Shown: positions 16,099 through 25,147 of the stretch, piece by piece
Numbering within the stretch: position 1 is the stretch's first letter
How the letters are laid out: each line of letters begins with the position of its first letter
NCBI GenBank assembly: GCA_028713935.1
Contig: JAQTNI010000004.1
Coordinates: forward strand, 11,756-43,755
Source: Candidatus Iainarchaeum sp.
GTDB taxonomy: Archaea > Iainarchaeota > Iainarchaeia > Iainarchaeales > GCA-2688035
Direction: 5' to 3'
Length of the DNA stretch: 32,000 nt
The notes under the pieces: generated by a model
Databases searched by the model: none
What the model was told of the DNA's origin: nothing
Seen by the model: the letters and a program-made list of their open reading frames with translations, nothing else
Translations under genes and position numbers: made by a program

Positions 16099-17495
16099 TG
16101 ATTTTTTTGGATTTGAAGCAAGTTTTACAAGTCATTGATTCGGGGGAATCCCAAGAAATTGAGTTTAAGGAATCTTTTCATAGTTCTCAAAAGTTTTCCG
16201 AGATAATGTGTGGTTTTGCAAATACTTATGGGGGCATAATCCTATTGGGGGTTAATAACAAAAAGCAGGTTATTGGTGTTTTGGACAAAATTGATGAAGT
16301 GCAACAAAAAATATCGTGTTCTGCCCAGTCTGTTTCTCCTCCAGTACTGCCTTCTATTGAAGTTCATGAAGTGAACGGAAAAAAAATTGTTGCAATAGTT
16401 GTCCAGCGGGCTATTGATAGTGCTTTTCATACTTTTCAGGGGGTGATTTGGGTAAAAATAGGCAGCACTCTTAAAAAAATAGAAGGAAACCAAATTGTAG
16501 ATTTTTTGAGAGGCAAACAAATATTGTGTTTTGATGAAACTCCAACAAATGCTAAAATTGAAGACTTGGACATAAACAAGCTGAATGCATATCTCAAAGC
16601 AAGAAAGCAAGCAGATTATTTCGAATCGCATTCTATTGAGGATTTTCTTGTGAGTCTAAAGCTTGCTACAAAAAACGGGGATTTAAAAATAAAAAATGCA
16701 GCTTTGCTGGTTTTTGCAAAAGACCCCATTTTTTTTAATCCGCAAATAGAAATGAAACTAGTCCGTTTTGATGGCAACGAACCAGTAAAAATAATAGCTC
16801 ATGAACTGGTTCAATCTGGCTTAGTAGAAGGGATAGAAAAGGCACTTTCATTTGTTAAGTCAAATATTTCCAAAAGCATTCAAGTAAAGCTTGATGCAAA
16901 AAGAGAGGAGCAATTCCAATACCCAATAGATGTTATACGAGAAGCAATAGTAAATGCGGTTGCACACAGGGATTATTTCAGCAAAGATGCCATACAAATT
17001 TATATTTTTAATGATCGCCTTGAAATAACTAATCCGGGTTCTTTGCCACTGGGCCTGCCAAGAGAATTGTTTGGAACCCTCTCTGTTCAACGAAATCCTC
17101 TGACATATAGAATACTTAGAGACTATGGCTATGTTGAAGGCCTTGGCTCTGGGGTGCCGAGAATGATAAACAGCATGAGAAAACAGGGATTAGCTGATCC
17201 GGACTTTGGGATATATGAACATTTTTTTAGAGCAATATTAAAAAGCAGGCAAAGTTCATCAAAGCCAACCAAGAGTCATGCTGACCTTAATAAAAGGCAA
17301 ATAAAAGCAATAGAATTCTTAGGGAAAAACAAGTCAATAAAAACAAAAACATACATGAAAATAAACAATGTTTCATTTGGCACTGCAAGGCTTGACATTA
17401 ACGAAATGATAAAATTAAGCTATCTTAAAAAAATAGGTTCTTACAAGGGAGCTTACTATATACTAAAAACTCAAGAACCAAGTAAAGAGGATTAA
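16098..17495 (+). CDS. AlbA_2 (Schlafen-like) + HATPase_c_4 + C-terminal wHTH protein (COG2865-type 'RecG-like' putative regulator/ATPase)
   Basis: N-terminal AlbA_2 pattern ESQEIEFKESF...GFANTYGGIILLGV. Central REAIVNAVAHRDY...ITNPG (HATPase_c_4). The C-terminal LNKRQIKAIEFL...SYLKKIGSYKGAYYIL looks like a wHTH. Confidence 0.82.
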   Translation: MIFLDLKQVLQVIDSGESQEIEFKESFHSSQKFSEIMCGFANTYGGIILLGVNNKKQVIGVLDKIDEVQQKISCSAQSVSPPVLPSIEVHEVNGKKIVAIVVQRAIDSAFHTFQGVIWVKIGSTLKKIEGNQIVDFLRGKQILCFDETPTNAKIEDLDINKLNAYLKARKQADYFESHSIEDFLVSLKLATKNGDLKIKNAALLVFAKDPIFFNPQIEMKLVRFDGNEPVKIIAHELVQSGLVEGIEKALSFVKSNISKSIQVKLDAKREEQFQYPIDVIREAIVNAVAHRDYFSKDAIQIYIFNDRLEITNPGSLPLGLPRELFGTLSVQRNPLTYRILRDYGYVEGLGSGVPRMINSMRKQGLADPDFGIYEHFFRAILKSRQSSSKPTKSHADLNKRQIKAIEFLGKNKSIKTKTYMKINNVSFGTARLDINEMIKLSYLKKIGSYKGAYYILKTQEPSKED

Positions 17496-17526
17496 TTTTT
17501 ATTTTGCCAATTTGATGTGATTTCTA

Positions 17527-19317
17527 ATGGCAGGGTTTAGCAAAGGGAAGATGCGTGTCGCAGTTATAGATAAAGATATTTGCATTAATGGCAACGGATG
17601 CAATTTTTATTGCGCCTCAGTTTGTCCCATTAATCGAAGTGGAAAAGAGTGTATTGTTTTGGGAGAAGACAACAAGCCTATTATTAATGAAGATTTGTGT
17701 ACGGGTTGCGGAATTTGCCCTAAAAAGTGCCCTGTTTTCTGTATAACAGTCATCAATCTTGCCTCTGAAAAGCATTCAACTCCTGTTCACCAATATGGCG
17801 TGAATGCTTTCAGGCTTTTCAATTTGCCAAATCCAAAGCAGAATTCTGTTGTCGGCTTGCTTGGCAGGAATGGAATTGGAAAAACAACTGCCTTGAGAGT
17901 GCTTGCCGGGCAATTAGTGCCGAATTTTTCTGTTTTTGAAAAGCCTGCTGATTACAAAAAAGCAATTGAATCTTTTAAGGGAAAAGAATTGCAGGGTTTT
18001 TTTGAAAGGCTTTCAAAAAAGCAAATCCGGCTTTCTTACAAGCCGCAAAAGGTTGATGAGCTTGCAGAAATTTTCAAGGGCAGGGTAGTAAGGGAACTGC
18101 TTGAAAAAGCAGATGAAAAAAAGCAATTATCAAAAATTGCAGCAGAATTGGGAATTGATTCCATTCTTGGCAGTGAAATTTCAAAGGTTTCAGGGGGAGA
18201 ACTGCAAAGAATTGCAATTGCAGCCTGTATGCTGAAAAAAGCTGATATTTATTTTTTTGATGAGCCTTCTTCTTACCTTGATGTTAGCCAGCGCTTAAAG
18301 GTCGCGGAATTGATAAGGGGCTTGCTTGATGAAAGCACCAGCATTATTGTTGTGGAGCATGACCTTGCGCTTTTGGACTATTTGAGTGATTATATTCACA
18401 TTTTTTATGGCCAAAAATCTGTTTATGGCATAGTGAGCGGCATTAAAAGCGTGCGCAATGGCATAAACGAGTTTCTTGATGGATTTCTCCCTGAAGAAAA
18501 CACAAGATTCAGGGAAAAAGAGCTTTCTTTTGGAGTAAAACCCCCTGTACTTTCAGAAAAGCGCAGGATACTTGTCGAATACCCTGTTTTGCAAAAAAAA
18601 CTCGGAAATTTTTCAATGCAGACAAGCGCAGGAAGCTTTATGGAAGGAGAAGTAGTCGGGGTTTTGGGGCCGAATGCAATTGGAAAAACAACTTTTGTAA
18701 AATGCCTTGCGGGAGAAATCCTGCCTGACAATGCAAAATTAAATTTCAAATTAAAAATTGCCTACAAGCCGCAATACCTTAAGCCTCCGGAAGAAGTGCT
18801 GGTGCGGCAATTGTTTTCTGCAAAAGAGATTAATCAGCAATTGTTTGAAACAGAGATTGACAGAAAGCTTAATATTAAAACACTGTTTGAACACAAGCTT
18901 TCCGAGCTGAGCGGAGGGGAACTGCAAAAAGTCAGCATTGCCTATAACCTTTGCCTTGGCTCTGACCTGATTCTTTTGGATGAGCCCTCCGCTTTCATTG
19001 ACATTGAGGACAGGTTAAGGGTTGCCGACTGCATAAGAAGCGTTGTTTCAAGCACAAAAAAAATTGCCTTGGTTGTTGACCATGACATTTTGTTCCAGGA
19101 TTACATTTCAGACAGGTTAATTGTTTTTTCAGGCCAACCTGCAAAACAGGGAATTGCTTCAAAGCCAATGCCGATGCACGAAGGCATGAACCTCTTTTTG
19201 AAAGAAATGAATATTTCTTTCAGGAGAGACCCCCAGACAGGCAGGCCAAGGGCAAACAAAATTGATTCCCAAAAAGACAAAGAGCAAAAAAAGAAAGGAG
19301 AATACTATTACCAATAA
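17527..19317 (+). CDS. abcE1: ABCE1 / RNase L inhibitor-type ribosome recycling ATPase
   Basis: N-terminal double 4Fe-4S ferredoxin domain (CINGNGCNFYCASVCP ... CTGCGICPKKCP). Two ABC cassettes are present, with Walker A GRNGIGKTT and GPNAIGKTT and signatures VSGGELQR and LSGGELQK. Confidence 0.94.
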   Translation: MAGFSKGKMRVAVIDKDICINGNGCNFYCASVCPINRSGKECIVLGEDNKPIINEDLCTGCGICPKKCPVFCITVINLASEKHSTPVHQYGVNAFRLFNLPNPKQNSVVGLLGRNGIGKTTALRVLAGQLVPNFSVFEKPADYKKAIESFKGKELQGFFERLSKKQIRLSYKPQKVDELAEIFKGRVVRELLEKADEKKQLSKIAAELGIDSILGSEISKVSGGELQRIAIAACMLKKADIYFFDEPSSYLDVSQRLKVAELIRGLLDESTSIIVVEHDLALLDYLSDYIHIFYGQKSVYGIVSGIKSVRNGINEFLDGFLPEENTRFREKELSFGVKPPVLSEKRRILVEYPVLQKKLGNFSMQTSAGSFMEGEVVGVLGPNAIGKTTFVKCLAGEILPDNAKLNFKLKIAYKPQYLKPPEEVLVRQLFSAKEINQQLFETEIDRKLNIKTLFEHKLSELSGGELQKVSIAYNLCLGSDLILLDEPSAFIDIEDRLRVADCIRSVVSSTKKIALVVDHDILFQDYISDRLIVFSGQPAKQGIASKPMPMHEGMNLFLKEMNISFRRDPQTGRPRANKIDSQKDKEQKKKGEYYYQ

Positions 19318-19363
19318 TTTTTTTTGCAGTTAAATTTAAGTAGTAATTTGCTGGAATGCTATT

Positions 19364-22300
19364 ATGCGTGTTGCTAAAATTTTGCCTTTGTTTTTTCTTG
19401 CTTCCTTATTCCTGTTTCTTGGCTGTGTTGGCAACCCGACAGCAGAGTTTAATAAGGCTAATTGCAATAGGCTGAATTCCCTTTATGGCTCTTTTCAAGG
19501 CGCTGTTTGTGCAAAAGAATTGACAAAAAGCTTTGCAGTGGAATTATCGCAATTGCAGCAGGCAGGCCACAAGGATATTGCAGACAACGTTCGCGCGGCA
19601 GCAGAAAAAAATTCCATTGTTTCCTATTCCTGCAATCAAAATAATCTGGATGCAGGGGTTGTTTTTAAGGAAGCCAGCATTTGCAGTGAAAACCAGGAGT
19701 GTGTCCAGTCGCAGAATATTGCTTCCTGCAAATCCGCAGTTAAAGCAACAGAAATTCCTTCTCTGGAAGAAATTTTGGATTTGTGGGATAAGCAGGAGTT
19801 GCCTGTAGTAAAAATCGATGCTTTTTGCGATGACTTGTATTCTGAACACAATAAGGGCAACAAGGTCATTGAATATGGCGCCAATAGTTCAAAGCGGGCA
19901 GATGGCACTGTTGATTATGCTTATTGGGTTAAAGCTGGTTATTGCGATCCAAGGCAGGGAAAAGAAAATAACAAGGTTGAAGTTCTTTGTGAACAGTTGG
20001 TTGGGGCGCGGTGGAAAAGCCCTGAGAGAAGTTTTGAATGGAAACTTACAGCGGCTTATTCCCCCTGTAGTGAAACCGAATCTTGTTCTGTGGTTTCAGA
20101 GTTTAATGCAAAGTGCGTTGTTCCCAGTGCCCAAGAATTATTAGGCGATTGTGAAACAATTTCAGGGGAAATTGGGGTAACTGGGCCTGAAGCTGTTCCT
20201 CCTGTTTCTTTTAATTATTCTTTTTTTGACAATCCTGATTTGGATAATGAAAAAGTTTTTTTGGACGGAGAACAATTTTTGATTAAATTGTACAGGAAAT
20301 TGGCACAATTTGAAAATTCCTACAGAAATTCCGAGTATTCAAAAACAGCCTATGCAGGTGACGAAATTGCAGGCCTAAAAGGAAAAGGCGCTTTTGCCGG
20401 AAAAGAACTCAAAATAAAAATTGTGGCAATAGTCCTGACTGAAGCTGCAGTTACTGCTTACCAGGCAAGGATGGAGTTATATGACTCTGAAGGCAATTTG
20501 GTTGATACCCAAACAGTTGGCGCAGGGGCATTTTTGAGCGATTTGTTTGTAAGCAGTGAAAACTATGTCCTTGCTGAAACAGTGTCTGTCCCAACAATAA
20601 CAATTGACAATTCAACTGGCAAGGGTTTTGCAATAGTAACAGTCAGGACAAGCCCAGATGAAAAGCAATTCAATAAAGATTCTGAGTTTGTTGTGCGATT
20701 GAGAACAGAGCGTTACACAACCCAAATGCTGCGGGATTTTGCTGATTTGCGCAACACACAATTTTTTTCTACGCCGGAATCGTTCAATAATAAGTGGTAT
20801 AAGTTTTTTGAAGAGCCGATAATCGATTTTGGCTTTACAAATGTTTCTGCCGGGGAATACAGGGCAAAAATGGTTTTTGATTGGGCAGAAGAGCCTTACA
20901 ATTTTTTTGACAGTGCAGGTAAGCCTGCTGTTAAAAGTGTTGGGGTAACACTGCAAAAAATTTCTAATCCTGCAGAAAAAGAGAAAAGCCCTTTTTTGGA
21001 ATTTTCTTTGGATTATGATTTGGCAGGGCAAAACCAAGGCAAGGCAAAGGAGTATGGAGCGCAATTTACAGGCTCTTCAAGCCAGGAAAATCTTATTTTG
21101 TATCAGGCATCTGGGCAGCAGACAGCAATGACCAGCCTCCTGGCTGGCGAGGCATACAAGCAGATTTTGTTAACAAGCCAGAATGATTTTAGTGCTTTGA
21201 ACAGTGCTGGCCAGAGGGGAAATGTGCTGGCAATGCATAATTCTGCGTCAAGCATGGCTGTGAGTTTTTCCCGTGCAATTCCTGTTGGCGCCTTGATTGA
21301 TTTGTCCAATAAAAATTCCGGCAGTTATCAATTGGAAACAATTGCAGGGGAACCCGCTGTTGGGCCTGATGTTTCAAGTTTTAATGAATGGGCCAATGCC
21401 TGTTCTGATTCTGTTTCCTCTTCCCTCCTTACTGTGCAGGATTCAAAAATTTCAGAGGGCCAATCAAATGATTCCTGCATTGGCGGTTATAAAATTGTTT
21501 TTGATTCCGGCAATCTCGGAGAAATTTTTGCACAAGCAATGTTTTTCACTCCAACAAACAATAATGAACAGGCAATTCTTTTGTCAAATTGCGGCACTAA
21601 AACTAATTTTGCAACAACTGAAAATTCAGCCCTGGTCAGCGGAACAATTCAATTGAATACCGCAAAAAACGGCCCTGCAATTCAATCAATTGAAAACCTT
21701 TTTGTGCAAATCAAAAATAAAAACATTTGTGTTGTGCGAAGCCCTGACAAAACAATTTTTGCCTGGAACAAAAAGGCATTTGAATCACAGCAGGAAAACA
21801 TTCTGCGCAGCCTGGGCATGGCTGATTACAGCCAATTGCCTGGCAATGGAGCAGGGGGATTCCAGCAGAATTTTGATTGCAATGTTGGAGATGAAAGCAC
21901 AGATTACCTGCTTTTTGACATTGACTCAGCAGCTTCCGAAGGCGATAAGGTAAAGGTCAGCCTGCATAATTCAATTGGCCATGGCCTTGCAGCTGTTTTT
22001 GACTCGGAAAACAATTTGATAGAAAGAGCCCCAGTATTTGAGGGAAGCTATTTGCAAGTGGTTATCCGGGATAAAACTGCCCTCAGAATTGGCTTGGCTC
22101 CCAGTTATAAAACAAAATGGGAAGACACCAAAAAAGATTGTTCCCTTGAAATTAACAAGCAGCCAGGCCATGAATTTTCAGCAACTCCCCAAAAAGTGCT
22201 CCTGGATTTTGACGGGGGCAATGATATTGTTGTGTATGACAGGGGGCCTTATTCATTCGGGCCTATGGATGCAGGAGAACTTAACCCGGAATTTGAAGGC

Positions 22301-22762
22301 CAAACAGGCATAATGAAAGAGCTCATAACCCAACTTGTCAGGGAGCAATATGCAGGATACAATGTAGAAATTTCAACTACTGATGAGCCTCTTCCAGCAG
22401 AGCCGTATTCCACTATTTATTTTGCGCCCATTGGGGATAAACTTTACCTGGGCCTTGCTGACGACATAGATAATTATAATTTTTTTTCTTCAGACAATGC
22501 AATTATTTACCTTAAAAGTTTTTCCGTGGATTCAATTGAAAAAACATCGCAAATGCTGGGCAATACAGCAAGCCATGAACTCGGGCATTTATTGGGGCTG
22601 TACCATGTTTCAGACAATGAGGATATCATGGTCCAAGGCAGGCCTTCGTGGTCTGCTACTGAAAGGCATGATTTTAAAACGTCAAGGCTTGTGGAAGTTA
22701 TTTTTCCAATTGGCAACCAGAATGCGCCGCAATTATTGGCTTGGGGCGTTGGTAAAAAATGA
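19364..22762 (+). CDS. Large secreted lipobox protein (1132 aa) with a C-terminal metzincin-type zinc metalloprotease motif
   Basis: Signal peptide ending in the lipobox-like LFLGC (Cys21, 19424-19426). A Cys-rich N-terminal region has a recurring C-S-E-x2-3-C-x7-9-C motif. HELGHLLGLYH (HExxHxxGxxH) lies at 22574-22606, followed by a candidate Met-turn (DIMV). Confidence 0.8.
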   Translation: MRVAKILPLFFLASLFLFLGCVGNPTAEFNKANCNRLNSLYGSFQGAVCAKELTKSFAVELSQLQQAGHKDIADNVRAAAEKNSIVSYSCNQNNLDAGVVFKEASICSENQECVQSQNIASCKSAVKATEIPSLEEILDLWDKQELPVVKIDAFCDDLYSEHNKGNKVIEYGANSSKRADGTVDYAYWVKAGYCDPRQGKENNKVEVLCEQLVGARWKSPERSFEWKLTAAYSPCSETESCSVVSEFNAKCVVPSAQELLGDCETISGEIGVTGPEAVPPVSFNYSFFDNPDLDNEKVFLDGEQFLIKLYRKLAQFENSYRNSEYSKTAYAGDEIAGLKGKGAFAGKELKIKIVAIVLTEAAVTAYQARMELYDSEGNLVDTQTVGAGAFLSDLFVSSENYVLAETVSVPTITIDNSTGKGFAIVTVRTSPDEKQFNKDSEFVVRLRTERYTTQMLRDFADLRNTQFFSTPESFNNKWYKFFEEPIIDFGFTNVSAGEYRAKMVFDWAEEPYNFFDSAGKPAVKSVGVTLQKISNPAEKEKSPFLEFSLDYDLAGQNQGKAKEYGAQFTGSSSQENLILYQASGQQTAMTSLLAGEAYKQILLTSQNDFSALNSAGQRGNVLAMHNSASSMAVSFSRAIPVGALIDLSNKNSGSYQLETIAGEPAVGPDVSSFNEWANACSDSVSSSLLTVQDSKISEGQSNDSCIGGYKIVFDSGNLGEIFAQAMFFTPTNNNEQAILLSNCGTKTNFATTENSALVSGTIQLNTAKNGPAIQSIENLFVQIKNKNICVVRSPDKTIFAWNKKAFESQQENILRSLGMADYSQLPGNGAGGFQQNFDCNVGDESTDYLLFDIDSAASEGDKVKVSLHNSIGHGLAAVFDSENNLIERAPVFEGSYLQVVIRDKTALRIGLAPSYKTKWEDTKKDCSLEINKQPGHEFSATPQKVLLDFDGGNDIVVYDRGPYSFGPMDAGELNPEFEGQTGIMKELITQLVREQYAGYNVEISTTDEPLPAEPYSTIYFAPIGDKLYLGLADDIDNYNFFSSDNAIIYLKSFSVDSIEKTSQMLGNTASHELGHLLGLYHVSDNEDIMVQGRPSWSATERHDFKTSRLVEVIFPIGNQNAPQLLAWGVGKK

Positions 22763-23232
22763 AAAAACTATACTGGCTGGCTGCAGCATTGCTGGTGCTT
22801 GTTATTGCAATTGCTTTTGTTGTTTTTTCAGGCGCTTTTGTTGTTATTGCGGGAAACTTGTTTGGCTCAGCAGATAAGCCTGGAGCAGGGCAATTTTCTG
22901 TTCAGGAACAGGAAAAGCTTTCCCAGGCAATTGCTGTGCTTGAACAAAGCAGTGGCCAGGATATTCAAGGTTTTGTTGAATTGGCAAAAATCCTTTCTGT
23001 TGAAAAAATTCTTGAGGTTTGCAGGAAAAATTATTTTACTGACAACCAGGCTCTTTGCCTCAGGACAATGGCTTTGGGAAAAGAAAATCCAGAAGAGGTT
23101 AGTGCTGTTTGTGAAAAAATCAATTCTGATTTTTGCAGTTCCCTTTCTTCAACAGAAGAAGAAACCCAGTGCCGGGAAACTGTTTTGCAGCATAAAGAAG
23201 AGTGCCCTTTGCAGTTTCCCATCTGGCAATGA
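22759..23232 (+). CDS. Membrane-anchored Cys-containing hypothetical protein (157 aa)
   Basis: Its ATG overlaps the protease stop (ATGA). An N-terminal TM helix (LAAALLVLVIAIAFVVF) is followed by an acidic, helical, Cys-containing ectodomain. The alternative-frame ORF 22799-23251 is low-complexity. Confidence 0.65.
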   Translation: MKKLYWLAAALLVLVIAIAFVVFSGAFVVIAGNLFGSADKPGAGQFSVQEQEKLSQAIAVLEQSSGQDIQGFVELAKILSVEKILEVCRKNYFTDNQALCLRTMALGKENPEEVSAVCEKINSDFCSSLSSTEEETQCRETVLQHKEECPLQFPIWQ

Positions 23233-23283
23233 TTGCCTGATTTTTGATTAAACTTTTTATGCCAGGCCTGAAAAAATCCCTGC

Positions 23284-23802
23284 CTAAACAGTTTTTTGCA
23301 CTTCAACAATGCCTGATTGCAGGTCAGTAATTGTAATTGTGCAGCTTTCTGGCGCAGGAATATAGATTAATTCCACTTTTTTTGCAAATGCGACTATTTT
23401 TTCAAATTTTTTTATTTCAAATTCATTGCTGATTTTTTTAGAGCAAATCAGGGCAAAGTGTATTTCAAAATTGGCCTGTGCGCTTGAATCTATCTGCACA
23501 TCCTGAAAATTGCAATTTTTAATTGAATTGCCAATTGTGCTCCTGAAATAGGCGTCTATTTCAGAGGGAGCCGGCGCAGTGAAAGTGCATGCCGTCATGT
23601 CCACACTGTCAGCCAATTTGTCTGCAAGAGTTTTGTCAAGCAAATATCCTGCATTGTTCCATTCTTTTTTTATTTCCAGGATTTTGCCAGCAAAATCCTC
23701 ATTGCTGCTGTTTTTTACATTGGCACTTGTGGTGATGATTATTGCGCCTATTAGCATAATTGCAGCTGCCGCAATTATTCCGCTGAAAATTCCTTTGTTC
23801 AT
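23284..23802 (-). CDS. Pilin-like protein with class III-type signal peptide (last gene of a four-gene cluster)
   Basis: MNKG|IFSGIIAAAAIMLIGAIII N-terminus. Its start overlaps the upstream stop by 4 nt. Confidence 0.6.
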   Translation of the reverse strand: MNKGIFSGIIAAAAIMLIGAIIITTSANVKNSSNEDFAGKILEIKKEWNNAGYLLDKTLADKLADSVDMTACTFTAPAPSEIDAYFRSTIGNSIKNCNFQDVQIDSSAQANFEIHFALICSKKISNEFEIKKFEKIVAFAKKVELIYIPAPESCTITITDLQSGIVEVQKTV

Positions 23803-24119
23803 GTGCCATCACAATAATTCCTGTCTTCCGGAGCAGATTGTGTTCCAAGAGGACCATTATCAGGATTGTAATCAAAAATTCTTCCGCAAAAACCCTGTTT
23901 TGCACCGCTTGCAATTGAATTGTCCAGCCCCATGTCTGCAGGGCTTTTGCCAAGGTAAAAGCCCATTGTTGCGCTGTCAGAAGCATTCTGGTCCATTGCA
24001 TGAAAAATTTTTGGGCTGCTTGAATCCTGAAGGTAAAAAAAAGTCATGCTGGACATTGCAATAAAAATCACTGCTATTCCAATTGCGGCGTCAATGCTGA
24101 AAATAAATCCTTTTTTCAT
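23799..24119 (-). CDS. Pilin-like protein with class III signal peptide
   Basis: The start is placed at ATG 24119 (MKKG|FIFSIDAAIGIAVIFIAM), directly abutting the upstream stop at 24121. The longer track ORF would overlap that gene. Confidence 0.7.
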   Translation of the reverse strand: MKKGFIFSIDAAIGIAVIFIAMSSMTFFYLQDSSSPKIFHAMDQNASDSATMGFYLGKSPADMGLDNSIASGAKQGFCGRIFDYNPDNGPLGTQSAPEDRNYCDGT

Positions 24120-24120
24120 T

Positions 24121-24654
24121 CTAAACTCTCCAGACATAAATTGACAATTCCGTTTGCGACATTGGGCAGTTTCCCACTGAATTTCCCTTGCAAATTTCAA
24201 GGCCTTGTTTTTGCACAGGCCCATTGCTTATCACAACAATTCTTTTTTCCGAATAAATGTCTGCAGGCACGGGATTTGGAGAAATTGGCAAATCAGTGCC
24301 AGCAATTTTTGCGCCAGCTTTATAAACCGCAAAATCATACTGCCCGGGCCCTGTTGGAATTTCAAGATTTGTGGCAGTTATTTTTGAATAGTTTCCAGTT
24401 GAATCAATGCAATTTTCCAAATAGCCAATTTGGGACGGGGGAATTGTGGAATCCACAAGTTCACAAATTATGCTTGGGTTTCCAACAAGCATTGTTGAGG
24501 CTGTTTTTCCAATTCCTTCAAGCTCGTTTTGCAGGGTTTTTTCTTTCTGTGAATAAATCATTGTCTCATTAAACTGGATAAGCAGGCCAATGCTGAAAAC
24601 CACTGCAATCAGTGCAATCACCAAATCCATTGACAATAATTGTGCTTTTTTCAT
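24121..24654 (-). CDS. Pilin-like protein with class III signal peptide
   Basis: MKKA|QLLSMDLVIALIAVVFSIGLL N-terminus, followed by a beta-rich Cys-containing body. Confidence 0.7.
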   Translation of the reverse strand: MKKAQLLSMDLVIALIAVVFSIGLLIQFNETMIYSQKEKTLQNELEGIGKTASTMLVGNPSIICELVDSTIPPSQIGYLENCIDSTGNYSKITATNLEIPTGPGQYDFAVYKAGAKIAGTDLPISPNPVPADIYSEKRIVVISNGPVQKQGLEICKGNSVGNCPMSQTELSIYVWRV

Positions 24655-24661
24655 AATTTCA

Positions 24662-25108
24662 CTAGGAAATACTTGTAATGCTAATTGTTTCGCCGCAATT
24701 TAACTGTAAGACAGCGGGTGTAAAATTATTGTTTATTTTAATGCCACTGGGCTGGATAAGAGCGGCTTTTTCAGGAGGGTCTGTGCCAAGCTTTACCTGA
24801 ACTTCGGATGCAGTCACTGTAATCGTGCATTCTCCTGGCGCATCACCAAGTGTTTTTACTTTTGGAGTTTGGTAAGCAATTTCAAAGTCTGCGTTTCTTT
24901 CATTCAATGCCTGTGAAGCGGAAATTATCAATGCTGTGTTTAATGCAATTTCTTTTGTCTGCGCCCTTATTGCTGTTTCTTCCTGCAGTGCAATTACCTG
25001 GCCGCTTATGACTGAAAACGCCTGGAAAAAGATTATTGCAAACACAATTGCAATAAGGAAGTCAAAGCTCGACTGGCCCCTGTTATTTTTCTTGTTCATG
25101 CTATCCAA
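24662..25108 (-). CDS. Pilin-like protein with class III signal peptide
   Basis: MDSMNKKNNRG|QSSFDFLIAIVFAIIFF has Q at +1 and an acidic residue at +5. It is the first gene of the cluster. Confidence 0.7.
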   Translation of the reverse strand: MDSMNKKNNRGQSSFDFLIAIVFAIIFFQAFSVISGQVIALQEETAIRAQTKEIALNTALIISASQALNERNADFEIAYQTPKVKTLGDAPGECTITVTASEVQVKLGTDPPEKAALIQPSGIKINNNFTPAVLQLNCGETISITSIS

Positions 25109-25147
25109 TAACGATTTTATATTATTTAAAATTAGTTGTTGGCATTT

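Noticed and set aside
17145-17175. Possible third copy of the leader element (GGGGTGCCGAGAATGATAAACAGC)
   Set aside because: Only the short GGTGCC and GATAAACA words match. The spacing is far too short and the Py/Pu tracts are absent. It lies inside the AlbA_2 coding frame (GVPRMINS).
22799-23251. 150-aa alternative-frame ORF overlapping the 22759-23232 gene
   Set aside because: Its translation is Leu/Phe/Lys low-complexity. The other frame has a clean TM anchor plus ectodomain and is start/stop-coupled to the protease gene.
23233-23283. Possible terminator between convergent genes (CAGGCCTG palindrome)
   Set aside because: It is only an 8-bp self-complementary word with no stem-loop of useful length or clear T-tract arrangement. 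That is not enough to call a terminator.
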